Source of the DNA: Gemmatimonadales bacterium
Lineage (GTDB): Bacteria > Gemmatimonadota > Gemmatimonadetes > Gemmatimonadales > GWC2-71-9
Direction: 5' to 3'
Length of the DNA: 64,000 bases
NCBI GenBank assembly: GCA_044867445.1
Contig: JBIOUY010000116.1
Location: forward strand, 2,611-66,610
Below the pieces are notes generated by a model that was not told where the DNA came from, made no database searches, and saw only the letters and a list, made by a program, of their open reading frames with translations. Of the stretch, positions 49,015-58,365 are shown piece by piece (within the stretch, counting starts at the first letter, position 1; each line of letters starts with the position of its first letter). The position numbers and the translations under genes were made by a program.

Positions 49015-49882
49015 CGATGGAGCGAGGCCAGTCTTCCCGCAGCAGCCGGGAGAGCGCCCGGTCGGCCAGGAGACGCCCGCCGGTCTGGCAGCGGGCGCAG
49101 TAGTTGGTCTCGTTGTCGGCATAGCGGATTCTCTGGACCGGCGTCCCACAAACCGGACATGGCTGCCGGTACCGGCCGTGCACCGCCATTCCTTCTCGGA
49201 AGGCGGTGACCTTCTCGGGAAACACATCTACCTCGGCTCGAAGGCGTTCGACCCACTCGAGCAGTGTCGCTCCGACCGCGTCAAACAGGCGGGCGATCTC
49301 CTCCTGGCTCAGCTTTCGGGTAAAGGTCAGAGGAGAGAGCCGGGCTCGGTGGAGGATCTCATCCGAGTAGGCGTTTCCGATCCCGCTGAATAGACGCGGG
49401 TCGGTGAGCGCCCGTTTCAAGGTGTGGTTCTCCGACATGAGCCGATCCTTGAAGGTCGTGAGATCGGTCTCCAGTACCTCGAGCCCACCCCGCTCGAAGT
49501 CGCTCAGAGCGGCCGCCCCCCGCACCAGGTGCATCGAGGCTCGGCGCTTGGTTCCGGCCTCGGTGAGAAGCAGCACGCCTGCCGGAAATTCCAACGCGGC
49601 CAGCCCGAGTCGGCCACTTGGGCGAGTGCCCGGTGGGCGCCAGCGCAATCGGCCCGCGATCATCAGATGGAGTACCAGAAAGAGGTCGTCCTCGAGCCTC
49701 AGCACGATTCGCTTTCCCAACCGACGCAGACCGACCACCCGCTTTCCCTGGGCTTCAGCGATGGCAGGTGTCACCGACCGAAGGACGAAGGGACTGCGGA
49801 TCACGATCCGTTCCAGGGGCTGGTTCAGAATCAGCGGAGCCAACCGCTCGAGATAGACCACGATGTCGGGAAGCTCGGGCAC
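49001..49882 (-). CDS. Fpg/Nei-family DNA glycosylase/AP lyase
   Basis: 293 aa. MPELPD catalytic N-terminus (Pro2, Glu3) and C-terminal zinc finger CPVCGTPV...YCARCQ. Confidence 0.85.
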   Translation of the reverse strand: MPELPDIVVYLERLAPLILNQPLERIVIRSPFVLRSVTPAIAEAQGKRVVGLRRLGKRIVLRLEDDLFLVLHLMIAGRLRWRPPGTRPSGRLGLAALEFPAGVLLLTEAGTKRRASMHLVRGAAALSDFERGGLEVLETDLTTFKDRLMSENHTLKRALTDPRLFSGIGNAYSDEILHRARLSPLTFTRKLSQEEIARLFDAVGATLLEWVERLRAEVDVFPEKVTAFREGMAVHGRYRQPCPVCGTPVQRIRYADNETNYCARCQTGGRLLADRALSRLLREDWPRSIDEIE

Positions 49883-49890
49883 TCGTCGCC

Positions 49891-51216
49891 CTACCGCCCG
49901 TACGCTTCGCTCAGGGCGGGCTCGACCGGCGTACCGCTTGCCCGCCAGCGGCCACCGACGAACGTTCCCGCGATGACCTCGTTGCCGGCGCCGAAAATCA
50001 CACCTTCGAGGAGGCCCTCCGCAGGCAATTCTGCCAGGGGCGGGGCTGACAGGTCCAGCGCGACGAGATCGGCCCAGTACCCCGGCTCGATTCGGCCGGC
50101 GCGCAGCTTCAACGCTTGGGCACCTCCCTCGGTGCCGGCCGACAGGAGGTTCGTCGCCACCCGGCCGGCCGGATCAGCGAGGACGCCGCGCCGCTCGTCC
50201 CGGAGTCGCTGGCCGTACTCCAGGAGACGCATCTCTTCCACCATAGAGATGCGGGCATTGCCGTCCGTTCCTAGGCTGAGCCGCGCCCCGGCGAGGCCGC
50301 GCAGCTCGGGCAGCCCGTCTCCCAAGTTTGCTTCCGTCAGGGGGCAGAGGCAGACTGCGCCGCCGGCCTGGAGAAAGCGTCTCATGTCATCGGAGGCGGT
50401 GTGGGTGCAGTGCACCGCGCAGAGATTCCCGCCTGACTCGAACCTCTCGTTCAGCAGGAACATCGGCGGCCTTCCGTAAGCAGCCACGCACTCCGCGACC
50501 TCGGCGCGTTGCTCCTCGACGTGCATATGAAACGGGAGGCCGCGTCGGGTCGCCTCCTGATGCAGGAGGCCGATCTGCTCCAAGCTCCCCGCTCGAATGC
50601 TATGCGCCGCGACGCCCAGCGACTGGGTGGTGGGATCAAGCATCGCGGTGAGACGCTCGACCTGTTTCCAGTATTGTTCCATAGACGGAGTGGCGAACCG
50701 GCGTTGGGCTCCCTCGAGCGGCTTCCCGATCCCGCCAGTGGCATAGAATGTCTGCAGCAGCACCAATCGGATGCCCGACGCGCGCGCTGCGTCCAGCAGG
50801 ATGTCATCGAAGCGGTGGTCGGTTTCCCGCTCGTGGTGAAGGTAGTGAAACTCTCCCACCGCCGTGATTCCCGCGTCGCGCATCTCCCGAAACGCCCGAG
50901 CCGATAGCCGCCGAAACGAAGCGGGATCGAGGGTGGCGGCCAGCTGATACATGGATTCCCGCCAGGTCCAGAAGGTCCCCGTCCCCCCAGCCGCTGGAAA
51001 CCGCTCCCCCTTTCCGCGGAGCCCGCGCTGGAAGGCGTGTGAGTGGGCATCGATGAACCCGGGAAGTAGGGCGGTATGCTCCAGCCGATGAGTGACCACG
51101 CGGCCCAGAGCGCCTACCGCCTCGATTCGCCCGTCTCCACTGACGGCGACCTGGACACCGGCAGCGAAGCCATCTCCGAGCCAGGTGTGGTCCGCTTGGA
51201 TGACGATACCGCTCAT
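49891..51216 (-). CDS. amidohydrolase-superfamily deiminase, formimidoylglutamate deiminase (HutF)-like
   Basis: 441 aa. PGFIDAHSHAFQRGLRG metal-binding HxH region and the later HMHVEE motif. Subfamily assignment is tentative. Confidence 0.7.
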   Translation of the reverse strand: MSGIVIQADHTWLGDGFAAGVQVAVSGDGRIEAVGALGRVVTHRLEHTALLPGFIDAHSHAFQRGLRGKGERFPAAGGTGTFWTWRESMYQLAATLDPASFRRLSARAFREMRDAGITAVGEFHYLHHERETDHRFDDILLDAARASGIRLVLLQTFYATGGIGKPLEGAQRRFATPSMEQYWKQVERLTAMLDPTTQSLGVAAHSIRAGSLEQIGLLHQEATRRGLPFHMHVEEQRAEVAECVAAYGRPPMFLLNERFESGGNLCAVHCTHTASDDMRRFLQAGGAVCLCPLTEANLGDGLPELRGLAGARLSLGTDGNARISMVEEMRLLEYGQRLRDERRGVLADPAGRVATNLLSAGTEGGAQALKLRAGRIEPGYWADLVALDLSAPPLAELPAEGLLEGVIFGAGNEVIAGTFVGGRWRASGTPVEPALSEAYGR

Positions 51217-52361
51217 AGCTCGAGGCAGCGACGTCGGACGATGTCGTCCAGCAGCCCTCCGGCCCGGCGAAACTCGGCCACTGGCACAAATTCGTTAGGG
51301 CGATGGGCGACCTCGATGCTGCCTGGCCCGAAGAGCACGCAACGAAAACCCACGCGCTGCAGCCAGCCGGCATCGCTCGCAAACGCGACTCCGAGCGACT
51401 CGCGCTGGCCGATGAGTGAGCAGAGACAGCGGTGAATGTCCGCGTCCGGCTCCAGCATCATGGCGGGACTCTCGCTCACCAGCTCGAGAGAGAACGATTC
51501 TCCAGGTAGGGCTTGCTGCACGGTATCACCGACTCGCTCGGTGACGACCTCTGCGCTCGTCCCGGGGAGCAGCCGGATGCCAAGCTCAATCTCGCAGCGA
51601 TCGGGAATGACGTTCGCCGCGCTGCCGCCGCTCACGGTGCCCACGTTCAGGGCGGTGAACGGCACCTCGGGGAAGTGCTCCCCATTGGGTGGGCGCTCGC
51701 CTTCAAGTGTCCGCCGGAGCTGACTCAGAGACACGATCGCGCGAGCCGCGGGTTCGATCGCGTTTCGGCCCAGATGGGGATACCCGCTGTGCGCTGCCAC
51801 GCCCACGAAGCCAAGCCGGAGCCGCAGCATCCCCTTGTGTAGTCGCACTACCCGAAGCGACGTGGGCTCTCCAATGATGACGTCGCGGGGCATCGCACCG
51901 GTTTCGGTCCAGGTCTCGGTGAACCGCCGGGCCCCCAGTGTCCCGATCTCCTCGTCATACGTGAACAACAGGGCGAACGGGTTTTTCAGCGAGGCGGGAT
52001 TGAGCCCAGCCAGCCGATTCATCGCCAGCGCCAGGAAGCCCTTCATGTCGGCTGCCCCCCGCCCTACCAGTCGCTCGCCCTCATCAGTCAGGGTAAATGG
52101 GTCGGAGCGCCAGTCGGTCTCTTCCGCCGGCACCACATCCATGTGCCCCGAAAGGGTAAGCCCTGCGCTTTCGTCCGGGCCGATCTGGATCAGCAGGTTG
52201 GTCTTGCTGGCATCGGCCGAAGGATTGCGGGCGATTCGCACGCCTGGCCGGTCGAGGTAGTCACAAATGAAATCGGCGAAGGGAAGATTGCTCTCGCGGC
52301 TGGTGGAATCGAAGCCAACGAGACGGGCCAGCAGCGCGCTGTCGGACAGCAGATGCGGCAT
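51213..52361 (-). CDS. M20-family deacylase (ArgE/acetylornithine deacetylase-like)
   Basis: ORF trimmed to ATG 52361, 4 nt after the tpiA stop. LSGHMDVVPAEETDWRSDPF and GRGAADMKG motifs. ATGA overlap with the upstream deiminase gene. Confidence 0.8.
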   Translation of the reverse strand: MPHLLSDSALLARLVGFDSTSRESNLPFADFICDYLDRPGVRIARNPSADASKTNLLIQIGPDESAGLTLSGHMDVVPAEETDWRSDPFTLTDEGERLVGRGAADMKGFLALAMNRLAGLNPASLKNPFALLFTYDEEIGTLGARRFTETWTETGAMPRDVIIGEPTSLRVVRLHKGMLRLRLGFVGVAAHSGYPHLGRNAIEPAARAIVSLSQLRRTLEGERPPNGEHFPEVPFTALNVGTVSGGSAANVIPDRCEIELGIRLLPGTSAEVVTERVGDTVQQALPGESFSLELVSESPAMMLEPDADIHRCLCSLIGQRESLGVAFASDAGWLQRVGFRCVLFGPGSIEVAHRPNEFVPVAEFRRAGGLLDDIVRRRCLEL

Positions 52362-52365
52362 GGGC

Positions 52366-53121
52366 TCAGCCGCCCAGCCCGACGAGCTCCGCCCAGGCAT
52401 CAGGATCTAGGCTCGCGCCGCCTACAAGTACCCCGTCCAACTCGGGCCGTTCCAGAAGCGAAAGCACGTTTCCGGTATTGACGCTGCCGCCGTACAGAAT
52501 GGGGACGTGGTCTTTCACTCCGCGGCGGCTCAAGGCAAACCGGATGAGCTCGTGCACCTGGGCGGCGTCATCCGGGGTGGCGTTCTTGCCCGTGCCTATC
52601 GCCCACACCGGCTCGTACGCGATGGTGACATTGACCCAATCGGGTGGCGAGATCCGCTCGAGGACGACATCGACCTGCCGCAGTACCACCTGCTCGGTGC
52701 GACCGCCTTCGCGTTCCGCCAGAGTCTCACCCACGCACATCAGGGGAATGATCCCGGCCTTGAGCGCCGCTGCGACCTTGCGCCCTACCTGCTCGTCAGT
52801 CTCGCCAAACAGGTGTCGTCGCTCCGAATGACCCACCAAGGTCATTCGGGCGCCCGCTTCGGCGACGAGAGGGATCGACAGCTCCCCGGTAAACGCACCC
52901 TTTGCTTCCCAGTGCACGTTCTGACTGCCCACCCGAACATCACGGCGTGAGCTCAGTGCTTCAACCAGCGCATGCAGTGAGACGGCAGGCGGGAAAAACC
53001 ATAGCTCGCGCCCCTCGACGGGCTGGGTCGTGGCGAGAAAGCGTTCGGCGAAAGCACGGGCGGCGGCGGGCCCGTGATTCATTTTCCAGTTGGCGGCGTA
53101 GATGATCGAGCGCTTAGACAT
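52366..53121 (-). CDS. tpiA: triose-phosphate isomerase
   Basis: 251 aa. AANWKMN, VGHSERR and YEPVWAIGTG motifs. Confidence 0.95.
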   Translation of the reverse strand: MSKRSIIYAANWKMNHGPAAARAFAERFLATTQPVEGRELWFFPPAVSLHALVEALSSRRDVRVGSQNVHWEAKGAFTGELSIPLVAEAGARMTLVGHSERRHLFGETDEQVGRKVAAALKAGIIPLMCVGETLAEREGGRTEQVVLRQVDVVLERISPPDWVNVTIAYEPVWAIGTGKNATPDDAAQVHELIRFALSRRGVKDHVPILYGGSVNTGNVLSLLERPELDGVLVGGASLDPDAWAELVGLGG

Positions 53122-53153
53122 GACGCAAGCAGCAATTGATGGTTGAGCGCTCG

Positions 53154-53209
53154 GTCATCCCGAGCCCTTCGGCTGCGCTCAGGACAGGCTTCGCGAGGGA
53201 TCCCTCGCG
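53154..53209 (+). repeat. hairpin repeat family 2, copy in the pgk|tpiA spacer, followed by an 18-nt perfect palindrome
   Basis: gtcatcccgagcccttcggctgcgctcaggacaggct matches the 27253-27211 copy (17 of the first 19 nt, then 12 of 13). It is followed by the perfect palindrome cgcgagggatccctcgcg at 53192-53209. Confidence 0.75.
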
Positions 53210-53226
53210 CCTAGCCACCGAATCGC

Positions 53227-54417
53227 TCACGCCTCATCCAACGCCGCAACGCCGGGAAGCGGCTTCCCTTCCAGAAACTCCAGCGAGGCACCGCCGCCGG
53301 TTGAGACATGGGTGATCCGGTCGCTGAGACCGGCTTCGGCCACCGCGGCGGCAGAGTCCCCCCCACCCACGACCGTCACCGCACCTTTCGCGGTCGCTTC
53401 CGCCAAAGCGTGGGCAATCGCCAACGTGCCATGATTGAAGGGAGGCGTCTCGAATACACCCATTGGTCCATTCCAGACCACGGTTCCCGCGCCGGCGATG
53501 CGACCGGCAAAATCCTGTTCCGTGGCGGGATCGATGTCGTAGACTGCCCAACCTGAGGGAATTGCGTCGCGACGAACGGCGCGGGTCGAGGCATCGCTTC
53601 GCAGCTCCTGCGCGATGACCGCACCGGATGGCAACACCAGCTTGGTTCCTGCTTTCTGCATCAGCTCTCGTGCCAGTTCGATCCTCTCGGTTTCCACCAA
53701 CGAGTTTCCGGTCTCCAGGCCCATTGCCTTGAAAAAGGTGCAGGCCATGGCTCCGCCGATGAGAATCTGGTCCACCTGAGGCAGAAGCGCCTCGATGAGC
53801 TCGATCTTGCCACTGATCTTGGCGCCTCCCAGAACCGCGAGGAACGGTCGTTTGGGCGCGTGGAGCGCGTCCCCCAGGTAACGCAGCTCCTGCTGCATCA
53901 GGAACCCCGAGACCGCGGGCTTGAGCAACCGCGCGACGGCCTCGGTACTGGCGTGAGCCCGGTGCGCCGACCCAAACGCGTCGTTCACGTAGAAGTCGCC
54001 CAGGGCGGCAAAGCGCTGAGCTAGCGCCGCGTCATTCTTCTCCTCTCCGGGATAGAACCGGGTGTTTTCACCAACAGCGACCCCGCCGCGCGGCAGCCGT
54101 TTAGTCGCGGTCACCGCTTCCTCCGATGTGGGATCGGTGAGAAAGGTCACCGGCGCGCCGAGCCGCCGCTCGAGAGCGCGCACCACCGGCTGCATCGAGT
54201 ACTTGGGGTCCGGCCCACCTTTGGGCCGCCCCAGGTGGGACAGGAGCACCACGCGGGCACCATGGTCTCGCAAATACTTGATGGTCGGGAGTGCCGCCCG
54301 AATCCGAGTGTCATCCGAGACGGCGCCATCCTTGATGGGGCAGTTGAAGTCCACCCGGACCAGTGCCCGACGCCCCTCAATGGCCTTCGGCTCGAGCGAC
54401 TCCAGGGTTCGCTTCAC
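53227..54417 (-). CDS. pgk: phosphoglycerate kinase
   Basis: ORF trimmed to GTG 54417 (GTGA overlap with the gap stop). [17 protein letters not shown] and GGGDSAAAV motifs. 396 aa. Confidence 0.93.
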   Translation of the reverse strand: MKRTLESLEPKAIEGRRALVRVDFNCPIKDGAVSDDTRIRAALPTIKYLRDHGARVVLLSHLGRPKGGPDPKYSMQPVVRALERRLGAPVTFLTDPTSEEAVTATKRLPRGGVAVGENTRFYPGEEKNDAALAQRFAALGDFYVNDAFGSAHRAHASTEAVARLLKPAVSGFLMQQELRYLGDALHAPKRPFLAVLGGAKISGKIELIEALLPQVDQILIGGAMACTFFKAMGLETGNSLVETERIELARELMQKAGTKLVLPSGAVIAQELRSDASTRAVRRDAIPSGWAVYDIDPATEQDFAGRIAGAGTVVWNGPMGVFETPPFNHGTLAIAHALAEATAKGAVTVVGGGDSAAAVAEAGLSDRITHVSTGGGASLEFLEGKPLPGVAALDEA

Positions 54418-55427
54418 AACTGCTGTCCGACGTAGCGCAGCAGGTCCACGCAACGCGCCGAATAGCCCATCTCGTTGTCATACCACGATGAGACATTCAC
54501 CAGCGTGCCATTCACGACGTTGGTGGACGCAGCGTCCACTGTACTGGACTGAAGCGTACCGATGTAGTCCACCGAGACCAGCGGTTCGTCGCTCACCACC
54601 AGGAGACCCTTCAAGGGCCCAGCCTTTGCTGCCTCGCGGAAGGCGTTGTTCACCTCGTCCGCGCCGGTGGCTTTTTCCACCACGCAGCTGAGCGCGACGA
54701 TCGAGACGTCCGGCGTAGGCACTCGGAGCGACACCCCGTCGATCTTGCCTTTGAGCTGCGGCATGACCAGTCCGGTGGCCTTGGCGGCGCCAGTCGTCGT
54801 TGGAATAATGGACATGGCGGCCGCGCGAGCCCGCCGCAGATCCTTATGCGGCAGATCGAGGATCTGCTGATCGTTGGTGTAGGAGTGCACTGTGGTCATG
54901 AATCCGCTCACGAAGCCAAAGCGATCCATGATCACCTTGACGACGGGGACCAGGCAGTTGGTAGTGCAGCTCGCGTTGGAGAGGACGTGGTGTTTGGCCG
55001 GGTCATAGACCTCGTGGTTCACCCCGTAGACGATGGTGATGTCTTCCTTCTTAGCCGGAGCCGAGATGATCACCTTCTTGGCACCCCCCTGAAGGTGGAG
55101 CGCCGCTTGGTCCCGATCAGTGAACCGTCCGGTCGATTCGAGCACCAGGTCAACCTTGAGGTCCTTCCATGGGAGCTTGGCCGGGTCTTTCTCCGCCAGC
55201 ACCCGAATCGAATCGCCATTGACCTCGAGGGAGTCGGCCTTGGCTACGACATTGCCGGGGAACCGGCCGTGGACCGAATCGTATTTGAGAAGATGGGCGA
55301 GTGTCTTGGTATCGGTGATGTCGTTTACCGCCACGAAGTCGAGCTCGCCGACCCCCATCGCCTTGGCGGCACGCACCACGTTCCGCCCGATCCTGCCGAA
55401 GCCGTTGATGCCTACGCGGATTGCCAT
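54414..55427 (-). CDS. gap: type I glyceraldehyde-3-phosphate dehydrogenase
   Basis: 337 aa. INGFGRIGR and the [10 protein letters not shown] catalytic Cys motif. AAGGA Shine-Dalgarno upstream. Confidence 0.95.
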   Translation of the reverse strand: MAIRVGINGFGRIGRNVVRAAKAMGVGELDFVAVNDITDTKTLAHLLKYDSVHGRFPGNVVAKADSLEVNGDSIRVLAEKDPAKLPWKDLKVDLVLESTGRFTDRDQAALHLQGGAKKVIISAPAKKEDITIVYGVNHEVYDPAKHHVLSNASCTTNCLVPVVKVIMDRFGFVSGFMTTVHSYTNDQQILDLPHKDLRRARAAAMSIIPTTTGAAKATGLVMPQLKGKIDGVSLRVPTPDVSIVALSCVVEKATGADEVNNAFREAAKAGPLKGLLVVSDEPLVSVDYIGTLQSSTVDAASTNVVNGTLVNVSSWYDNEMGYSARCVDLLRYVGQQL

Positions 55428-55444
55428 GGTAGTCCTTGTCCTTG

Positions 55445-55533
55445 GTCGTTAGTCGCGGTCGCGGGTCGCGAGTCGCGGGTCATGAGACTTGAGGTCTTCC
55501 TGTCGCAGCCCGAGACCCGCAGCCCACGACCCC
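55445..55533. repeat. heptad-periodic quasi-palindrome 11 (unit GTCGCGG), comF|gap spacer
   Basis: 55445-55485 gtcgtta gtcgcg gtcgcgg gtcgcga gtcgcgg gtcatga. 55502-55533 gtcgcag cccgaga cccgcag cccacga cccc. 55511-55531 matches 38365-38385 at 19 of 21 positions. Confidence 0.85.
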
Positions 55534-55535
55534 AA

Positions 55536-56279
55536 TCACCCCACCGGCACCCTCGCCCTGGCAAAGGTCACCGCCTCGACTCGTTCAGCGCCTGCAGCGT
55601 GCAGGGCGACCGCGGCGGCGCAGAGAGTGGCCCCGGTGGTAAAGACGTCGTCGATCAGGACGAGGCGTCGCCCCTGCGCGGCCTCCCCCCGAAATGCGCC
55701 CGCGACGTTCGCCTGGCGCGCTTCGGGCGTGAGCGCAGTCTGGGTCCCGGTCTCCCGCACCCGGCTCAGGAGATCAGCTCGCATCGGCTGTCCGATCAAG
55801 TGGCCTAGCGCAGCCGCAATCCGCTCGCTCTGATTGTAGCCTCGCTCGCGCAGCCGGTGCCTGCCGAGCGGGACCGGTATCAAGCATACCTGCCCGGTCA
55901 ATGGCTCGAGCGGAACCATTGCCGGCGCCATACCCTCGGCCACCCGCCACCAGCCGGCGTACTTCAGCAGATGCACCGCATCCTGAGCAGTCCCCTCGAG
56001 CCACACGGCGCTGCGTGCCCGGGCAAGCGCCGGCGGCCAGCCGGCGCAGATTCGACATTCCAGTCCAGCAGCGATGGGCTGTCCGCATCGTTCGCAGTAG
56101 GGCGCGGGAACCGGCCGCCAGCGGGAGCGACAAATGGGACAGATCAAGGGATCCTGGACGCTCGGAGGCGTCGCCTCGCCGCACAGCAGGCACGCCGACG
56201 GAAGCAACCAACGCTCCAGCTGATGGAGTCCAGTCGTCCAGCCGGTCAACAGCTGATTCGGCTTACCGGAGCGCGGCAT
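55536..56279 (-). CDS. ComF-family phosphoribosyltransferase-domain protein
   Basis: ORF trimmed to ATG 56279 (17-nt overlap with the aroE end; alternative TTG 56249). N-terminal Cys pairs CLLCG..CPIC..CERCG. PRTase motif LVLIDDVFTTGATL. Confidence 0.8.
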   Translation of the reverse strand: MPRSGKPNQLLTGWTTGLHQLERWLLPSACLLCGEATPPSVQDPLICPICRSRWRPVPAPYCERCGQPIAAGLECRICAGWPPALARARSAVWLEGTAQDAVHLLKYAGWWRVAEGMAPAMVPLEPLTGQVCLIPVPLGRHRLRERGYNQSERIAAALGHLIGQPMRADLLSRVRETGTQTALTPEARQANVAGAFRGEAAQGRRLVLIDDVFTTGATLCAAAVALHAAGAERVEAVTFARARVPVG

Positions 56280-57066
56280 CGACCGCGGCGCGCATGATCT
56301 CTGCTGGAGCACGCACTCCAGGGAACCACCGCTCCAACGCCGCCGCTCCCTGGGCCACCAGCATTGTGCGCCCATCCGCAGCGCGGAGGCCGGCCGAACG
56401 CATAGCGCGGACCCATGCGGTTTCCCCAGGGCCGTAGACCAGATCGAGGGCAACCTCTGAGTCCGGTGCCTGGGCCCGAGTGAGTGGGAAGGGGTCGCCT
56501 GGATGAAGTCCCAGCGGTGTGGCATTGATCAGCACCCGGCATTCGAGCGGCGGCGCAAGGGTAGCTCCGCGGGAGAGCGCCCAACGCTCGAAATGCTCCC
56601 GCCGCTCAGCCTCACGGGACGCGATCGACACCGGTGCGCCCCGCCGGATGGCGCCGCCCACGGCCGCCCGAGCCCCTCCGCCAGTTCCAGCGATGAGCCA
56701 GGGCTCGTCGGGAGGATCGAGCCGATCCAGGGCAGTGAGGAGTCCGTCGACGTCGGTGTTGTCGCCGATGGTCTGGCCATCGTGCGACCAGAAGGTGTTG
56801 CAAGCGCCGAGCAGTTCGGCAACGTCGCTGCAGTGATCCATGGCGGCGGCAGCGGCCTGCTTGTGAGGCACGGTCACATTGCCGCCACCGCCCGCCCGCG
56901 CCAATCCATGAATGAGAGAAGACAGATCGGCCAGGGCGCAGCGAAGGGGGACGTAGACGGCGCGAAGTCCGAGTGCGTGGAATGCCGCATTGTGCATGGC
57001 GGGAGAGAGCGAGTGGGCGACCGGATCGCCAAGGAGCGCGAAGACGCGCGTGCTGCCGTCGATCAC
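56263..57066 (-). CDS. aroE: shikimate dehydrogenase
   Basis: 267 aa. FALLGDPVAHSLSPAMHNAAF and NVTVPHK motifs. Confidence 0.9.
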   Translation of the reverse strand: MIDGSTRVFALLGDPVAHSLSPAMHNAAFHALGLRAVYVPLRCALADLSSLIHGLARAGGGGNVTVPHKQAAAAAMDHCSDVAELLGACNTFWSHDGQTIGDNTDVDGLLTALDRLDPPDEPWLIAGTGGGARAAVGGAIRRGAPVSIASREAERREHFERWALSRGATLAPPLECRVLINATPLGLHPGDPFPLTRAQAPDSEVALDLVYGPGETAWVRAMRSAGLRAADGRTMLVAQGAAALERWFPGVRAPAEIMRAAVDAALR

Positions 57067-57521
57067 CGCACGGTGCCGGCCACCCGACTCACCACGCCGC
57101 TGATCAGCTCCTGGAGCTCTTCGAAGGTGCTGCGATAACTGTCCAGATCGGAGCCGAAGGGATCATTGACCTCGGTGCGGCCCGGGTCGCGCGCGGCATA
57201 GGTGCCGAGCAGGTGAACCTTGTCATCGCCACCCAGCTCGGCCACCCGCGCGAGATGGTGTCCAGACATGGTGAGAATCAGGTCGGCGCCCTTGACGATG
57301 TCGCGGGTGAGAAGGCGGGCACGGTGTTCGCTGAGGTCGAGACCGTGTTCCAGACCTACGAGATAGGCGCCTTCAGAGGCCGGCGCACCATCCCAGGCTC
57401 CCGTGCCGGCGGAGGCGACGGTCACCTGCTCGATGCCCCGTGCGGCGAGCGCCTCGCGCATCAGCGCTTCCGCCATCGGACTCCGGCAGGTGTTCCCGGT
57501 GCAGACGAAAAGAACGTGCAT
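57063..57521 (-). CDS. low-molecular-weight protein-tyrosine phosphatase / arsenate-reductase-fold protein
   Basis: ORF 57063..57545 (TTG) trimmed to ATG 57521. MHVLFVCTGNTCRSPMAE contains the CX5R(S) P-loop. Confidence 0.85.
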   Translation of the reverse strand: MHVLFVCTGNTCRSPMAEALMREALAARGIEQVTVASAGTGAWDGAPASEGAYLVGLEHGLDLSEHRARLLTRDIVKGADLILTMSGHHLARVAELGGDDKVHLLGTYAARDPGRTEVNDPFGSDLDSYRSTFEELQELISGVVSRVAGTVR

Positions 57522-57544
57522 GGCCCGTAAGATAGTCTGGAACA

Positions 57545-57712
57545 AGCTAACAGCTAACAGCTAACAGCTAACAGCTGACAGCAGATTGCTGACAGCTGAC
57601 AGCTCTAACAGCTAAAGGCTAAAGGCGAACAGCTGTCGGACGCGCGGCGGGGCGACGCCTCAACAACAGCTACTATCAGCTATCAGCTGTTAGCTGTTAG
57701 CTGTTAGCTGTT
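57545..57712. repeat. heptad-periodic quasi-palindrome 12 (unit AGCTAAC), tsaC|phosphatase spacer
   Basis: Four AGCTAAC units plus AGCTGAC units run from 57545. 57551-57580 matches the reverse complement of 57681-57710 at 29 of 30 positions. The right arm has three units of type TGTTAGC. Confidence 0.9.
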
Positions 57713-57714
57713 TC

Positions 57715-58365
57715 TCATGGCGCCAACCGTCCCGCAGCCCGACGCAGCTCGGGTCGGGGTATGGCTCCTTCTCTCACCATTCGCGGCATCACACCCGTGC
57801 AATCCACCAATGTCGAGGGCGGGACGTTGCCGAGCACGCCGCCGTCCAGCACCAGGAGATCGCCCCGGTCGATATCTGCCCGAAATACCTCGATCAGTCC
57901 ATCGGCACCGGGCGCCGGCTGCGTGCCCGGCCGATTGGCCGATGTTGAGGTGATCGGATAGTCCAGCTCCTCGATCAGCCGGGCGATACCGCGATGCGAG
58001 GTGTACCGCACCGCGATGCCACCCTCTCGACCGCGCAATTGGTCCGGCAGCCGTCCCTCGCCTCCCCGAAGCACGAGGGTCAGCGGGCCCGGCCAGAAGG
58101 CGTCGGAGAGCGCTTGCGCCGAGGGGGAGAAAACCAGCCCCCACTCTTCTGCCATCCGTCGGCTCGAGACCAGAAGCAGAAATGGCTTTCCCGCTGCCCG
58201 GCCCTTGAGCCGGGCCAAGGCCTCCAACCCCGAGACGCTCGGAGCCGAGCCCAGACCATAGACTGTCTCGGTGGGATAGGCCAGAACTCTGCTGCCCCCC
58301 AGGTGATTCCGCACCATCGGAATGGCGGCGGCGACTTCATTGGTACTCCGAAAGGGAAGAATCAC
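57715..58365 (-). CDS. tsaC: L-threonylcarbamoyladenylate synthase (TsaC/YrdC/Sua5 family)
   Basis: ORF trimmed to GTG 58365 (GTGA overlap with the ispD stop). YPTETVYGLG, KPFLLLV and TSANRPG motifs. 216 aa. Confidence 0.85.
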   Translation of the reverse strand: MILPFRSTNEVAAAIPMVRNHLGGSRVLAYPTETVYGLGSAPSVSGLEALARLKGRAAGKPFLLLVSSRRMAEEWGLVFSPSAQALSDAFWPGPLTLVLRGGEGRLPDQLRGREGGIAVRYTSHRGIARLIEELDYPITSTSANRPGTQPAPGADGLIEVFRADIDRGDLLVLDGGVLGNVPPSTLVDCTGVMPRMVREGAIPRPELRRAAGRLAP

